64,000 nucleotides of DNA from Nemertoderma westbladi (taxonomy: Eukaryota > Animalia > Xenacoelomorpha). A program made the translations under genes and the position numbers. The DNA lies in assembly GCA_032718475.1 (NCBI GenBank), contig JAUCBJ010001772.1, positions 1 to 64,000 of the forward strand, written 5' to 3'. Under the pieces are notes generated by a model. The model made no database searches. It was not told the DNA's origin and worked only from the letters and a program-made list of their open reading frames with translations. Of this stretch, positions 12,868-24,088 are shown in pieces (positions within the stretch are counted from its first letter, which is position 1; each line of letters opens with the position of its first letter).

Positions 12868-12980
12868 ATAATTAAAACTGTCATGTAACCCTAACCCTAA
12901 GTCATAATCTAAAAAATACCGCTAAATTTCTTATTATGACTTAGGGTGTAGGGTTAGGGTTATATGACAGTTTCAATTAG
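12868..12980. repeat. Hairpin/MITE-like inverted repeat carrying TAACCC/GGGTTA motifs
   Basis: TAATTAAAACTGTCATGTAACCCTAACCCTAAGTCATAAT pairs with ATTATGACTTAGGG...TTAGGGTTATATGACAGTTTCAATTA. Confidence 0.6.
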
Positions 12981-13590
12981 TGTTTAGTTCGCCACTACTG
13001 TAAATACGACTGTATTTTGTATTGAATTTGTAGGTTAGTAGGTACCCCCTACTCACCCCTACCCCCGTGACATTCCCTACTCTTACTTACTACTTATTAC
13101 TTATATTTCTTATTACTTATTTCTTACTTACAACTGAATACTAAAACTATATTTCATCCTCCCTTGCTATCCATTAATCGTTATTGATTGTACATATTTA
13201 CGACATTACGTCACATTACGCGCTTTCGTTACAATGAGTCACTCATTATCTTCTCATAAAACAATAAAAATACTCATATACACCCTATGCAAATACAATT
13301 GATTGAGTATTTGCAGTCTGTCACCTAACACTGTGGCACCTAATTAGTAGCTCCTTAGGCTGAGGTATTGCAGTACCGGTATTTTTACTGTTAAGTTTAA
13401 AGGATAAGGCATAAATTTACATTTCCGTCTGCGTTGCTTGTTCAGTTCAGTTCAGCAGTTTGTTACGTAATTATTGTTGGGTTTAACTTTGGTATTAATC
13501 TTTAAATTATTTGTCAATTATTTTTAAATGTATATCTAATCTTATCGTCACATATATTCGATTATTTGGGTGTTTTGTGATACTATCGCG

Positions 13591-16500
13591 ATGGGTACCG
13601 GTAATGAAGAGTGTTTGAATCTTAAGTTTCTTCTAGTTGGAGAGGAAGGTTCTGGGAAGACGGCATTGGCCTTAATGTTTACTAGTGGAAAATTCCCGGT
13701 GGTGAGTTTAATTAATATTAATAATTAGTTTATATGATGTGATAGGCTAGCCAAATACATACCGGAATGTAGCTATAATATCTTTTTATAAGTATTTACA
13801 TACTTGTGTGTAAAGTAGCACTTTACAGTGTGATGATCTGAGTTGGTTTGTTACACGAACGAACGTTAGAGAGTGAGTAAAAATAAAGCCACGAGGATCA
13901 GAACACTGTAAAGTACTTTGCAACAAGTATGTATGTAGTTTTATTCCAAAATTTTAACATTACGAAATGATTGTACATATACATTATAAGTGATAGAAAC
14001 TGTACAAATTATATTAGTTGCTGTATAAATAAATGTAAAAATGACATAAATTATGTTATAAATAAGTTAGCTTATATTCTTGGAGCCATGTTATAATAAT
14101 ATACTGTAGCTTGGCCCTACTGGTTATTAATAGCTATACCCCGCCTACCGGTAGGTAATGCAGTAGGCCTATCTGGCTGTCAGGCAATTAATTATAAATG
14201 TCACCTATTGTTTACGTGGTAACCAATGACGCCGTAACTTTACAGCTCGCCGTCATTGGTTACCACATAAACAAGGGACATTTACAACACCAATACAATA
14301 CTAAATGTACAGGCCAAATACAATGCTGTAATGTCCTCTAAAGTTGCCAAGTGCTAAATAACAACTCGCTGTTAATACTAACGGCGTTGAGTAATGTTAC
14401 AATTTTGGAATAAAATTATTTTTTGAACATCGAATAATTGTAAGTTAATTTTTTCTTTTAGGTTTACGCGCCGACAATGTTTGAAGTTTATACTCGGACA
14501 TTCCCAGTCGATAAACAATCCATTGCAATCACAGTGTGGGATAATTCAGGTAAAAATAAAACGATATAGGAAGATTTCATTCCTGGTTCATTTGTTTAAT
14601 GGCCAGAGTTGTGGTAATCGTGTTAATTTTTTTACTTGTTTTTGTGATTACATACCGGTATAGTTTTGTAATCAAAATCACATTTCTTAGTTGAGTTTAC
14701 TGACAACCTGCGTAGCTTGCAGTGCCGGATTAACCTTAAGGCATATAAGGCACGTGCCTTAGGGCCAGCCGAAAATACGGGCCATTTTTTATCAACGAGT
14801 CATTCCTAAGGCACATTCCTAACGAGTCATTTGTAGAAAACAGAGCAAGAAAGTGCATCTTTCGACTACTTTCTATCCCTAAATTTGTGATAGAAAGTGA
14901 AAATTTTGCTCAGTCGAGGGGTCAGCTGCTGTGTTATTAGTTCGAGACCTGATGGCAGGGAAATAATAAAACATTGGTAGTAAAACTTTAAAGTGCTAAT
15001 TATGAACAATGGATAATTTAATGGAATTTTTTTTTCAATTTAATTTTAATTATATTTGTCGTTATGCTCTTAAACTTTCTAGAACAACCACATAATTTTA
15101 GTTGTAGATAAAATAGTTGTTGATAAAGAAGTAACTTCTTGTTACTACTGTAATTTAATTTAACCGAAATTCAGATGTTCTGCCCTCGTGTGTATCGCAT
15201 TTTGCATTCGATGGCATTTTGGGTGCAATTCCTGCAAAACCTAAAACTCTCGGACAGCATAATTGAATTTGGGTAAATTAAAATTAGTGACAAAAAGTGC
15301 TTATTTCCAAGACTGTTATTATCTTATCGAAGAACATTACTTTCTCAGCAAGTCCAAATCTAGATCAGAAATATTATATCTTTGCACTAAGCCCACACTT
15401 TTGGTGTGTTATATTTCTCAGCAAGTCCTGTAAAGATAAGTACCCTGCGAAACCTACCCTACAGAAAATAAATAACACAGTCCCACGATCCGATCAAAAT
15501 TGTCAAATGCTACAGGGACCAGTCAGCCATAAGGGGGCCAACTATAACCCCTACAGAAATGAAATTTTCGAAAATTTACAAATTTTTTTGTAGTTTGATA
15601 GAAGGGCTTTCATAAGGTGATATCGGTTTTCAACATTGAATTATTTTTTGACCTCAAAACTGCTCTTTTCAACAACATAATATATTGCGGATATTTATGA
15701 CTCTCCGTGTAACAAACCTTTTTATCAGTTTGTCCATTTTGACTTTTTTCATTACTAAATTCCCTAACTACTATTTTCTTTTTTACTCAATTGCCATCAA
15801 ACATATACCAAAATGTTCAGCAGCTTTAGGACTACTATCGTTGGTTTTGTAAAGCATTGGCATTTGGATATTCTAGAACCGATGTTGTAACTGCTACACT
15901 TTGTCTATCACAAAATATTTGATTCCCAAAATATAGCCCGGAAATACTAAAACCCCCATAAATTTTTAAAAAACAATAATTTTGTGCTAATAAATAAAAT
16001 TGTTTTAAAGTTTTCATAGAAGATGCCTACATATCTAGGTCCATTTTACCAAAGTCTTCGGTCAAGAACTTCAATGCAGGTGGTATTATAGATCCTTAAA
16101 TATGAGCTAATTTACATAGAAATGCCTCAAAATTTAGAGAATTTTTGAAAAAAACCGACCTGCTCAAAAAGTGCCATATTTTTCGAACAAAGAGTTTATG
16201 AAGCTATCTATACTCAGTTTTCATAGTAAAACTTCACAGATCATTGTGTTAAACTTTCAGAATAGTAGCTTTATAAATAAAACAAATAGATTTGGGGCAA
16301 TGGTCCCATTAATATATTAAAAATTAAAGCCTGAAATTCTACCAAAAGCATTACACTTTTTATAGCAAAGGTTTTATAGGAATAGCATAATATCCCATTT
16401 AGTAATGTTACAATTCTTGATGAAAACTATTTTTGCAAAGTACTTATTATTAAAGTACTTATTGGCACGCAGTCATCAAACGAAAATACTTTATATTTCC

Positions 16501-19500
16501 TTCACAACATTTTCACAATTTCAGTTGTTTTCAGCAGCTTTTTCTTTTGAAAGGGTTTGCGGAAAAATATCAATTTTCGGGCCATTTTTGGAAATTACTA
16601 AAATGTGCCTTAGGGCCACCAGAGGCTTAATCCGGCACTGGTAGCTTATGAAACTTATATATTTCTTTTTATAGGTAGCCATGACTACGACTCAGTCCGT
16701 CCTTTGGCTTACCACGACACCCACGTCATTATATTATGTTATGACGTCACCCATCCGGATTCATTGGCAGCTTGTGAATATAGGGTGAGAGTCAAAATCT
16801 GTTATATATACCGTAATGGTTGGACGATGCTTTCCGAGGCGTCATGGTTACAATCGTGATTGATAAGTGCGGGAGTAAGGGTCTATGCCTCGATACCAAC
16901 AAATATAAATATTAAATTAATTATTATTTCCAATACGCATTTCGGGCGTCACATCCGTCTTCAGGGCTAATTAAAAACAAAAAAGAACAAATTTAAATAA
17001 AATAATCATAATTTACTACAATATAGTACGATTATAAACTATCTATTTTACATATTATATTGTCGTAAATCATTTTATTTAAATTTCGGGCGTGACGCCC
17101 GAAATGCGTATTGGAAATAATAATTAATTTAAAATTTATATTTTTTGGTATCGAGGCATATATAGACCCTTACTCCCGCACTTATCATTCACGATTGTTT
17201 CAAAGTTTGTTTTTGAAGATACGTGGCGCAAATAGCAAGTGAAAAATGTGTTACATATGAAATAAAGTTTCATTTGTTGCTTTGGTTAGAAAACACCGCC
17301 GCTGTAACCTGCTCTTTTCCCTTAATGATTTCATTTAAATTAATTTAAACCTCCCGAACACTTACCATTAATTAATTAATTATTTATTTGTAGTGCCAAT
17401 AAAGTCACTAATATCAAACATTTATATCACATGTTTTTTTTCAATGTAATTGAACTACTACTGGGTCGAGCGAACTCAGACATTGGAAATGAGATCCTTC
17501 CAGGCTTCCCGATTATTCGTTTCTCTCAAATGATTTCGTTTCTCTCAAGTTCAGTATCCATTTCAAGCTGGTCTATATCGGCGTTTGTCATGTGTTGTCT
17601 CCAGCTGATGTTTAGGGCTGCCCTTAGTAGTCTTGTGTAGCAACCATCAATTCGATGTTCAAGTGATTTAGTCAGTGTCCAGGTCTCACCCCCGTATAAA
17701 AATACACTTTCCACTGTGGCTCGAAAGAACTTAGTCTTCAGGTGCCTGGAGAGATCTGATTTCCAGATGGTATCCATTTTTGATAGAGCTACCCAAGCCT
17801 TTGCTTTCCTAACTTCTATGTCCTTTTTGCTACTCTCTATCCATGATCCAAGGTACTGGAAGTCGTCAACCTTCCTTAGTTGATTATTATCAATGGTTGT
17901 CAAGTTTCCATCAACATTAAAGGTCATGAATTCGGTCTTTGTAGCATTTATATGCAATCCAACGTCCTTAGCAGCCCTCTCTACTTTATTTAGTAGAAGC
18001 TGTGCATCTGCTAGCGTATTAGAGAGCAGGGCGATGTCATCCGCAAAGTCGGTGTCTGTGACTGTAGTTTCGGATATCTACTACTTCTGAGTTTTTGTAG
18101 TGTGAATCCAAGTTGTTCTCCATTTGTAGCCATCCTCATTTCATAATCTAATACGATTATGAATAGTAATGGCGCCAATGTGTCCCTTACCTTGCAATAC
18201 TCCAGCCAGGATGGAGAATAACTCAGTTTAAGTTTAAAGCAGCAATAGAAACAGTAAGTCTATAATGAACTCTAAAAACTGCATAGGACACCAAATCTCT
18301 GGATGGCACATTCACAAGAATGCTACGTCGGGTTCATTGTGTCAAGTACAATGCACACATCTCCAACCAGACACTATATAACATTGGAGGTGTCTCATTG
18401 GTTCCCCCAAGCTTGACACTAGAACAAAATCGCCTCCGCTTTGCAGGACATTGCTTTCGCCGTGAGGACCAGCCAGTGCATAATCTTGTACTTTGGCAGC
18501 CTCATGGAGTGAATAAGCATGGTGTACAGCCCATGACTTTCTTGAGACGCATCTTAAAGGACACTGGCCTTGAAAATGCGGATGATCTAGCAAATGTCAA
18601 GGGTGATAGGGAGTTGTGGCGGCGCAATTTTCACGATAAGCTGGCATCACATTCTTAATGCACGCTGCATTACTGCATGCCGATTTTGGCATTATAGTGG
18701 TGGCACAAATTTATTGTTATTCAGATAAAATTCATTTGACATTCGCAAGTTCGAGGTGATCGAATTTGTATATGTATACCCAACATTTTAATATAATATA
18801 GGCTGTCACATGTTTAAATCGTTGAAACCCCAAGTTGACAATGTTTATAAAAATATATGGAACGAAAATAGAACCACAAATCGGCCAATGTGAAGTATAC
18901 CAGGCTTTCTGGTGTTATATTTCACTTTGCAGTTTACCGGTTACCCGGTGTAATTTTATTAAATTTCGGTCGGATTTGTTTTAGTGGTACGAAGAGATTC
19001 GTCAGTATTGTCCCAATGTTCCGATAGTTCTAGTCGGTTGTAAATCAGATTTAAAATCGGACAGAAGAACAGTCGAGTCTTTGGTGAAAAACGGCCAACT
19101 GCCAACATCGGCCAGTCAGGTGAGTCGGGTGGGACCTACCATCGGTGAGGATTAGCCAATCAGGTGAGTCGGGTGGGACCTACCATCGGTGAGGATTAGC
19201 CAATCAGGTGAGACGGGTGGGACCTACCATCGGTGAGGATTAGCCAATCAGATGAGACGGGTGGGACCTACCATCGGTGAGGATTAGCCAGTCAGCATGC
19301 GGGTGTGGTGGTCAGCAGTTCTGATTCTGTGCAGGGATGGCATAACGAAACTAAAAAAATACATACAAATAAAAATAACGAAACGAAACGAAATAATAAG
19401 TGTTTCGATTCGTTTCGTGTTTCGTTAATTAAAAAAGTAATTAATCATAACGATATAAATTTATTAATATATTTAAATAATTAAAAAGTTATAAATAATA

Positions 19501-20935
19501 ATAATAATGATATTCTCCTTAATTGCTGTAATGTAAACAGAGTAAATTATTTCCTTCAATAAAGCAACCTTTATTACCAAGCAGTTTCCGTTATCATTGT
19601 AATGCAACAGTCTAGGGCGGACTACAGTAGAACTGTAATAAGGTACTAAAGGCAATACTGTACTGATAGTAAATTAGTACATACAATAAAACAACTGGTA
19701 TACCTGGCATTTCACCTGCCGGGACATTACGAATGTTACCCCTATAGTGTATGAAACTCAAAAGGGGAATACTGCAAAACGTTTGGGGAGGGGGGGGGGG
19801 GGGGTGGTCAACACCGGACCGGTTCTACATTTTACTACAATATCATGGTGTTGATAAAGGGGCGGTTATATTTAAAACTTTTATTTGATAAAATCAAAAA
19901 TTTTAGAAGAAAACGAGACGAAACGAAAAACGAATTTAAAGTCTATGAAACGAAACGAAAATTTATAGATTGATACAAAACGAAACGAGTATTTGATCGG
20001 ATTTGTAAAAACGAAACGAAATTGAAATTTCTTTCGTTTCGTTTCGTTTCGTTTTGCCATCCCTGATTCTGATTTGGTAGTCGGACAATTTAATAGTTTT
20101 GAACACTAAATATCAATCTATAGAGCATTTCACCAAATATCTGTCTGTCCGTTTCAAGGTATCTTAAGAACGGCTGAACCGATTGCCTCAATTTTTGTCA
20201 AATTGTTGTAAATTCAATGAGTCACCATCGGACCTCTGCGCCTCCGTTACCTCTGGAGTCCGTATTAACTTTCGCACTGAATGCGTTGGATGGTGACTCA
20301 TACAAAAAATACCTTGAAACGGACAGACGGACGGACAGACAGGCAGACAGACATTTGGTGAATATATTTGGCTCTATAAATTGATATTTAGTGTTCAAAA
20401 CTATTAAAATGTCCGTCTACAAAATTTCGATGTGTTTTTATAAAAATTAAAGTTTGTATAGCATTTTACATGGACGCGCACATGTTTTTTTGACAACCCA
20501 ATATTTTAATAAATTTTCAACGTCATTTTCATATTCGAACAAAATAATTATAATTATATTTATATTTATGCTTTTATTTTTCGTACACGCATGGTGTTAT
20601 TGTTTATTTTATTTCAATAGATATATTTACCGGTAAATAAATATTCTTCCATGCAGGGTATGCAGACTGGTATTCGAGTGAAGGCGACAGTGGCCCTAGA
20701 ATGTTCCGCCATGACCGACAGTGACTCAGTAGACTCGGTATTTAGATGGGCTGCCCTCTCTGCGATCGGCCAGAAACACAGTCTGAAGAACGCCGAGTGC
20801 TCATTGCCAAGACGACGCTATTCCTTGCGAAGGTCTCCCGTAGTAACAAACTATCAGGGGATTGGTGACGTCCCAAAGAGAAAAGCCGCGACCACAGAGG
20901 ACATCAAGAAGTCGTCGTCCTGTGTCCTGCAATAA
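13591..20935 (+). CDS. Rnd-like atypical Rho-family GTPase; exons 13591-13701, 14462-14549, 16675-16784, 18985-19119, 20657-20935; 240 aa
   Basis: Spliced reading frame: P-loop GEEGSGKT, effector loop YAPTMFE, G3 WDNSGS, YDSVRPLAY, G4 LVGCKSDL, G5 ECSA and C-terminal CAAX CVLQ. All introns are GT-AG with compatible phases (0,1,0,0). Confidence 0.88.
13795..14416. mobile_element. Palindromic MITE-like sequences in Rnd intron 1
   Basis: Inverted pairs: ~13797-13840 with ~13895-13937; TTTTATTCCAAAATT (~13940) with AATTTTGGAATAAAA (~14401); central palindrome ~14196-14285. Confidence 0.5.
14720..16640. mobile_element. Non-autonomous hAT-type element (1.9 kb) in Rnd intron 2
   Basis: Terminal inverted repeats CAGTGCCGGATTAA ... 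TTAATCCGGCACTG. 8-bp flanks GTAGCTTG / GTAGCTTA (7/8 identical). Subterminal GTGCCTTAGGGCC at both ends. Confidence 0.88.
16850..17197. mobile_element. Long foldback element (~100-bp arms plus inner inverted segments), possibly Penelope-terminal-derived
   Basis: ACAATCGTGA..GATAAGTGCGGGAGTAAGGGTCTAT...TTTCGGGCGTCAC pairs with GTGACGCCCGAAA...ATAGACCCTTACTCCCGCACTTATC..TCACGATTGT. Confidence 0.75.
17560..18226 (-). mobile_element. Degenerate non-LTR retrotransposon (RTE-like) reverse transcriptase fragment
   Basis: Frameshifted translation gives ILAGVLQG.DTLAPLLFIIVLD, DFADDIALLS, GLHINATKTEFM, FQYLGSWI and LYGGETWTLTK. Confidence 0.9.
18240..18658 (+). mobile_element. RTE-like LINE 3' fragment, in opposite orientation to its neighbour
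   Basis: DGTFTRMLRR...RLRFAGHCFRREDQPVHNLVLWQP...DRELWR is a typical RTE C-terminus. Confidence 0.8.
19120..19295 (+). repeat. 4 x 44-bp tandem repeat of the Rnd exon-4/intron-4 donor junction
   Basis: Unit GTGAGTCGGGTGGGACCTACCATCGGTGAGGATTAGCCAATCAG. Its 3' end copies the exon end GCCAGTCAG. Confidence 0.9.
19332..20065. mobile_element. hAT-type MITE with (ACGAA)n subterminal repeats
   Basis: Terminal inverted repeats CAGGGATGGCA ... TGCCATCCCTG. Flanks ATTCTGTG / ATTCTGAT (6/8 identical). AAACG arrays near both ends. Confidence 0.8.
20077..20420. mobile_element. Palindromic MITE with a GACA microsatellite
   Basis: TTAATAGTTTTGAACACTAAATATCAAT pairs with ATTGATATTTAGTGTTCAAAACTATTAA, and there are inner inverted segments. 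Confidence 0.75.
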
Positions 20936-21521
20936 TTCTGTACCGGTAACGGTAATAGGCCTCTATCTCAATATAAACATGTTTTAATTAATTTTTAAAT
21001 TCATTTTGTGCAAATTTTGATATGAATGTCAATAGAAAAGATTTTTTACAATAAATTCCCTGTTTCACCAACAGATTAATTATTATTAACATCCACGATC
21101 ACCGACACAACCCCGTGAGAGCGACATCTGGGAGGGAGGGGACTTTCTAGGCTCGACGCAATACAAATTTATCCCCTCCAGGGTAAAATCGACGGAAATA
21201 ACAGCTGATTACTCCCAAAAATAAAACTGTATAACCTGTTCTACATTTCCAGCCAATTTTGAATCTTACCATGGCCTACTTAAATATTTAAGTAGGCCAT
21301 GATCTTACCTTCTGCAAAATTATACTGCCTATACATTTATTTAACTTATTGCTATCAGCTTATTGTTTGATTTGATTGATTGATTGGTGAGCTCGTGTAT
21401 TTGCTTAATAATATACACCCCCCCCCCCCCCCCCCCCCCCCACCGTTGGTACACCATTTTGGTCCAAAATATGTCGAAATTATTTTTATGATCTATTATA
21501 ATGCACGATTAATCAGAAAAC

Positions 21522-21750
21522 CGCTCAATAGCTCAGTTAGTTGAGCGGCGGGCCTGCAATCTATTGGTTGTAGGTTCAGCCCCGCCAGGGTCCACTCAGC
21601 CTTTCATCAACTGGGATCGATAAAATGAGTACCAGTTAAATAACTGGGAGCAAAACTTGGGATAGGAGTAGCGCCCACCCCTACCCTCGGGTAGCAGCTA
21701 TCGAGAGAGGAGCCTTTGGGTGGCCTCCGGCTTCGGCCGACTGTTTGCTT
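21522..21750 (+). mobile_element. tRNA-derived SINE (family B)
   Basis: A box TAGCTCAGTTAG and B-box-like GGTTCAGCCCC. Central CCACTCAGCCTTTCATC..GATAAAATGAGTACCAG resembles conserved SINE central domains (recalled, not searched). The 3' tail is shared with 59398-59623. Confidence 0.8.
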
Positions 21751-22276
21751 GATATATAATGAAAGGTCGATTATCTCCAAATATTTTTTTTATGAAATTG
21801 TCAACTTCAAATCCCTACTACTTTTACAATTTTTGAGCAATTTGTCTGAAACAATCCGGTGGGTGTCTACATAGCCACCCTGCATAAAAGTAGCAGACAA
21901 CTTTTCGAAATTTTATGTTAATAAAATTTAATACTATTTATACTGTAACAAACCTTAATTTGCAGCGCCACCTAGCGGTGCCGAATTATTTTCACAAAAT
22001 TTCGCCTGATAGTTATGTTGCCCCTTCTTTGATCTATCATATAAAAAAACTTTCATGTGATTCGATTCAAAACTGTAAAAGCCTTAGGGTTTTAAGCGCA
22101 ACCAAGTTTTTTTTATTGTTAACTAGTATTAACTAATATTAAATAGCGAAAAAAAAATTTTTCTGACCTGTCATGTAGAATAGCATCTTAGGCACCTATA
22201 TTCCAAATTTTAGCCAAAACCAAACAATTTTGAAACGCTGAGAGTGATAAATCGAAGAGTTGTCCGAAAATGTTGT

Positions 22277-22312
<36 letters not shown>

Positions 22313-22693
22313 CGTACCTATTAATAATGGAACTAGACTCTACCCTTCTGTAAATCCAACTTCGCCTGGTAATCCACACTTACAAAGCATCGCTTGTGCG
22401 CATGGGAGGATCCCAAGATCAAGTATTTTGGAGAAAATACATTTAATTTAATTTATGTTGCTTTCATTATAAATATACGAACAGGTAAAAGTTTCAAACA
22501 TAGAAATTAATGACGGTTATGACACGAGTTGTTGTCTTATATTTAAATTATTATATATCTATTTTAATTATATATTTATTCTGAGTTGTAAGAGTCGATG
22601 ACGATTCGTTTACATCTGCGTTTAAATTGAACCAATTGTACTGACATATTCTAGGTTTTCGTATTTATTATGATGTAAGATTTTCAGATAGGG

Positions 22694-23446
22694 CACAGTG
22701 CGTTTTAACCAACTTTTAGTCGAAAAAAAAATACCCATCTCCAATTTTTTTTTCAAAATTATAAATTATTATAATTATATTAATAATATTATAAAACTTT
22801 AAAAAAATTACCCTACCCATTCCTAATTTTCGATTTATTTGCAGTCTGCATGATGTATTAGTTTAAATTTAGCTTGAACTAACATATTTCATCGGGCTAT
22901 TGGCCTTCAATACACAGTAAGTAAATGGCTCATATTGAAATACGTAGCCGTAAAGAGAATTATTTTACATTCCGCCTAAAATATTACTTCTAATGATCCC
23001 ACAGACTCAAACATAGTTCCATTCGAATCGCAATCATTTAGTTGGAGTAAAAACCATCAGAATAAGACTAGGGCGCTTAGTTCTCGAGATATTGTAGAAA
23101 AGGTGTACTTTAGGCTTACTATGCGCCTTTTGTACACACAACTCTATATACACCTTTTGTGAAATATCTTGAGAATTAACCGCTCTACTCTTTTTTTGGA
23201 GGTTTCTTCCGCAACTAAATCGATGATTGCGGTTCGAATGGAACTATGTTAGATTCTGTGGGATCAATAGAACATTATTACTGAAATTTATTAGTAATTT
23301 ATTTATTACTTATTTGTTACTGAAAATAATACCTACAGACTCAAAAAATTGTTTTTTCTGAAATAACTAGTGGATGTGGTTGTTATGAAAAAAAAATTGG
23401 AGATGGGTATTTTTTTTCTACTAAAAGTTGGTTAAAACGCACTGTG
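22694..23446. mobile_element. Non-autonomous DNA transposon with CACAGTG termini (Chapaev/Transib-like)
   Basis: ~55-bp terminal inverted repeats: CACAGTGCGTTTTAACCAACTTTTAGT...TACCCATCTCCAATTTTTTTTTCA. Flanks AGGG / AGGT. Large internal palindrome at ~22995-23265. Confidence 0.8.
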
Positions 23447-23454
23447 AGGTGGAA

Positions 23455-23610
23455 AACTGGACGCAATAAAAATTCATCCCTCTCCAGGGGAAATTGGACG
23501 CAAATAACAGATGATTATTCTCAAAAATAAAACTGTAACCTGTTCTATTGTGTTTAGTTTATTGGTTAAAATAACGTGTCACTGTAACCTGTTCCATTCC
23601 CTAAATTGAG
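23455..23610 (+). repeat. Dispersed repeat (family C)
   Basis: GATTACTCCCAAAAATAAAACTGTAACCTGTTCTA is shared with ~21155-21243 and ~42596-42700. Confidence 0.65.
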
Positions 23611-24088
23611 AATTTAACATTGAGGCGGGATTATTAATTCGCAAAGGCGGGTTTGGCGTCCTGTTTCACCCCCTGTTTCAAGATATTTGGGGTTCATTCT
23701 TCCTTCAAAACATCAAAGTAAACAGTTTGGCAACGATAGGCACTCAGAGACTGGCCATGACGATATTGGTTGTATCCGAAATACAGTTAGTATCCAAACT
23801 TTGAAAACTACAGTAATTAGGCCAATTTAATGTTCATGTTTACCAATAATTTTATTTTAATCAGATATAATTAGTCAATAACGCAGCACCGCAGCACTGG
23901 TAGCGACCTATTTAAAACCAAAGGACGGACACAATTAATACGGGTTATACAAAATAATGATAACAGTACAAATTAAAAGAGTTTGTAGGTAATAATAATT
24001 AATAGTTTCACATTATCTAATCAATAAAGATGTTCCTTTTTCTCTGCATCAATGATCATATTTGGTTGATAGTTTATATGGATTCCTC

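Noticed and set aside
12840-12965. Interstitial telomere or chromosome-fusion site
   Set aside because: There are only 2-3 TTAGGG/CCCTAA units, and they lie inside a small hairpin element.
17560-18658. A single LINE with a twin-priming inversion
   Set aside because: The two oppositely oriented fragments overlap in protein coordinates (DGCYTRLLR versus DGTFTRMLR) and are diverged, so they are separate insertions.
21522-21600. Functional tRNA genes (also ~50900, ~54370, ~59400)
   Set aside because: A/B boxes are present, but I could not fold a convincing cloverleaf, and most continue into SINE body and tail sequence.
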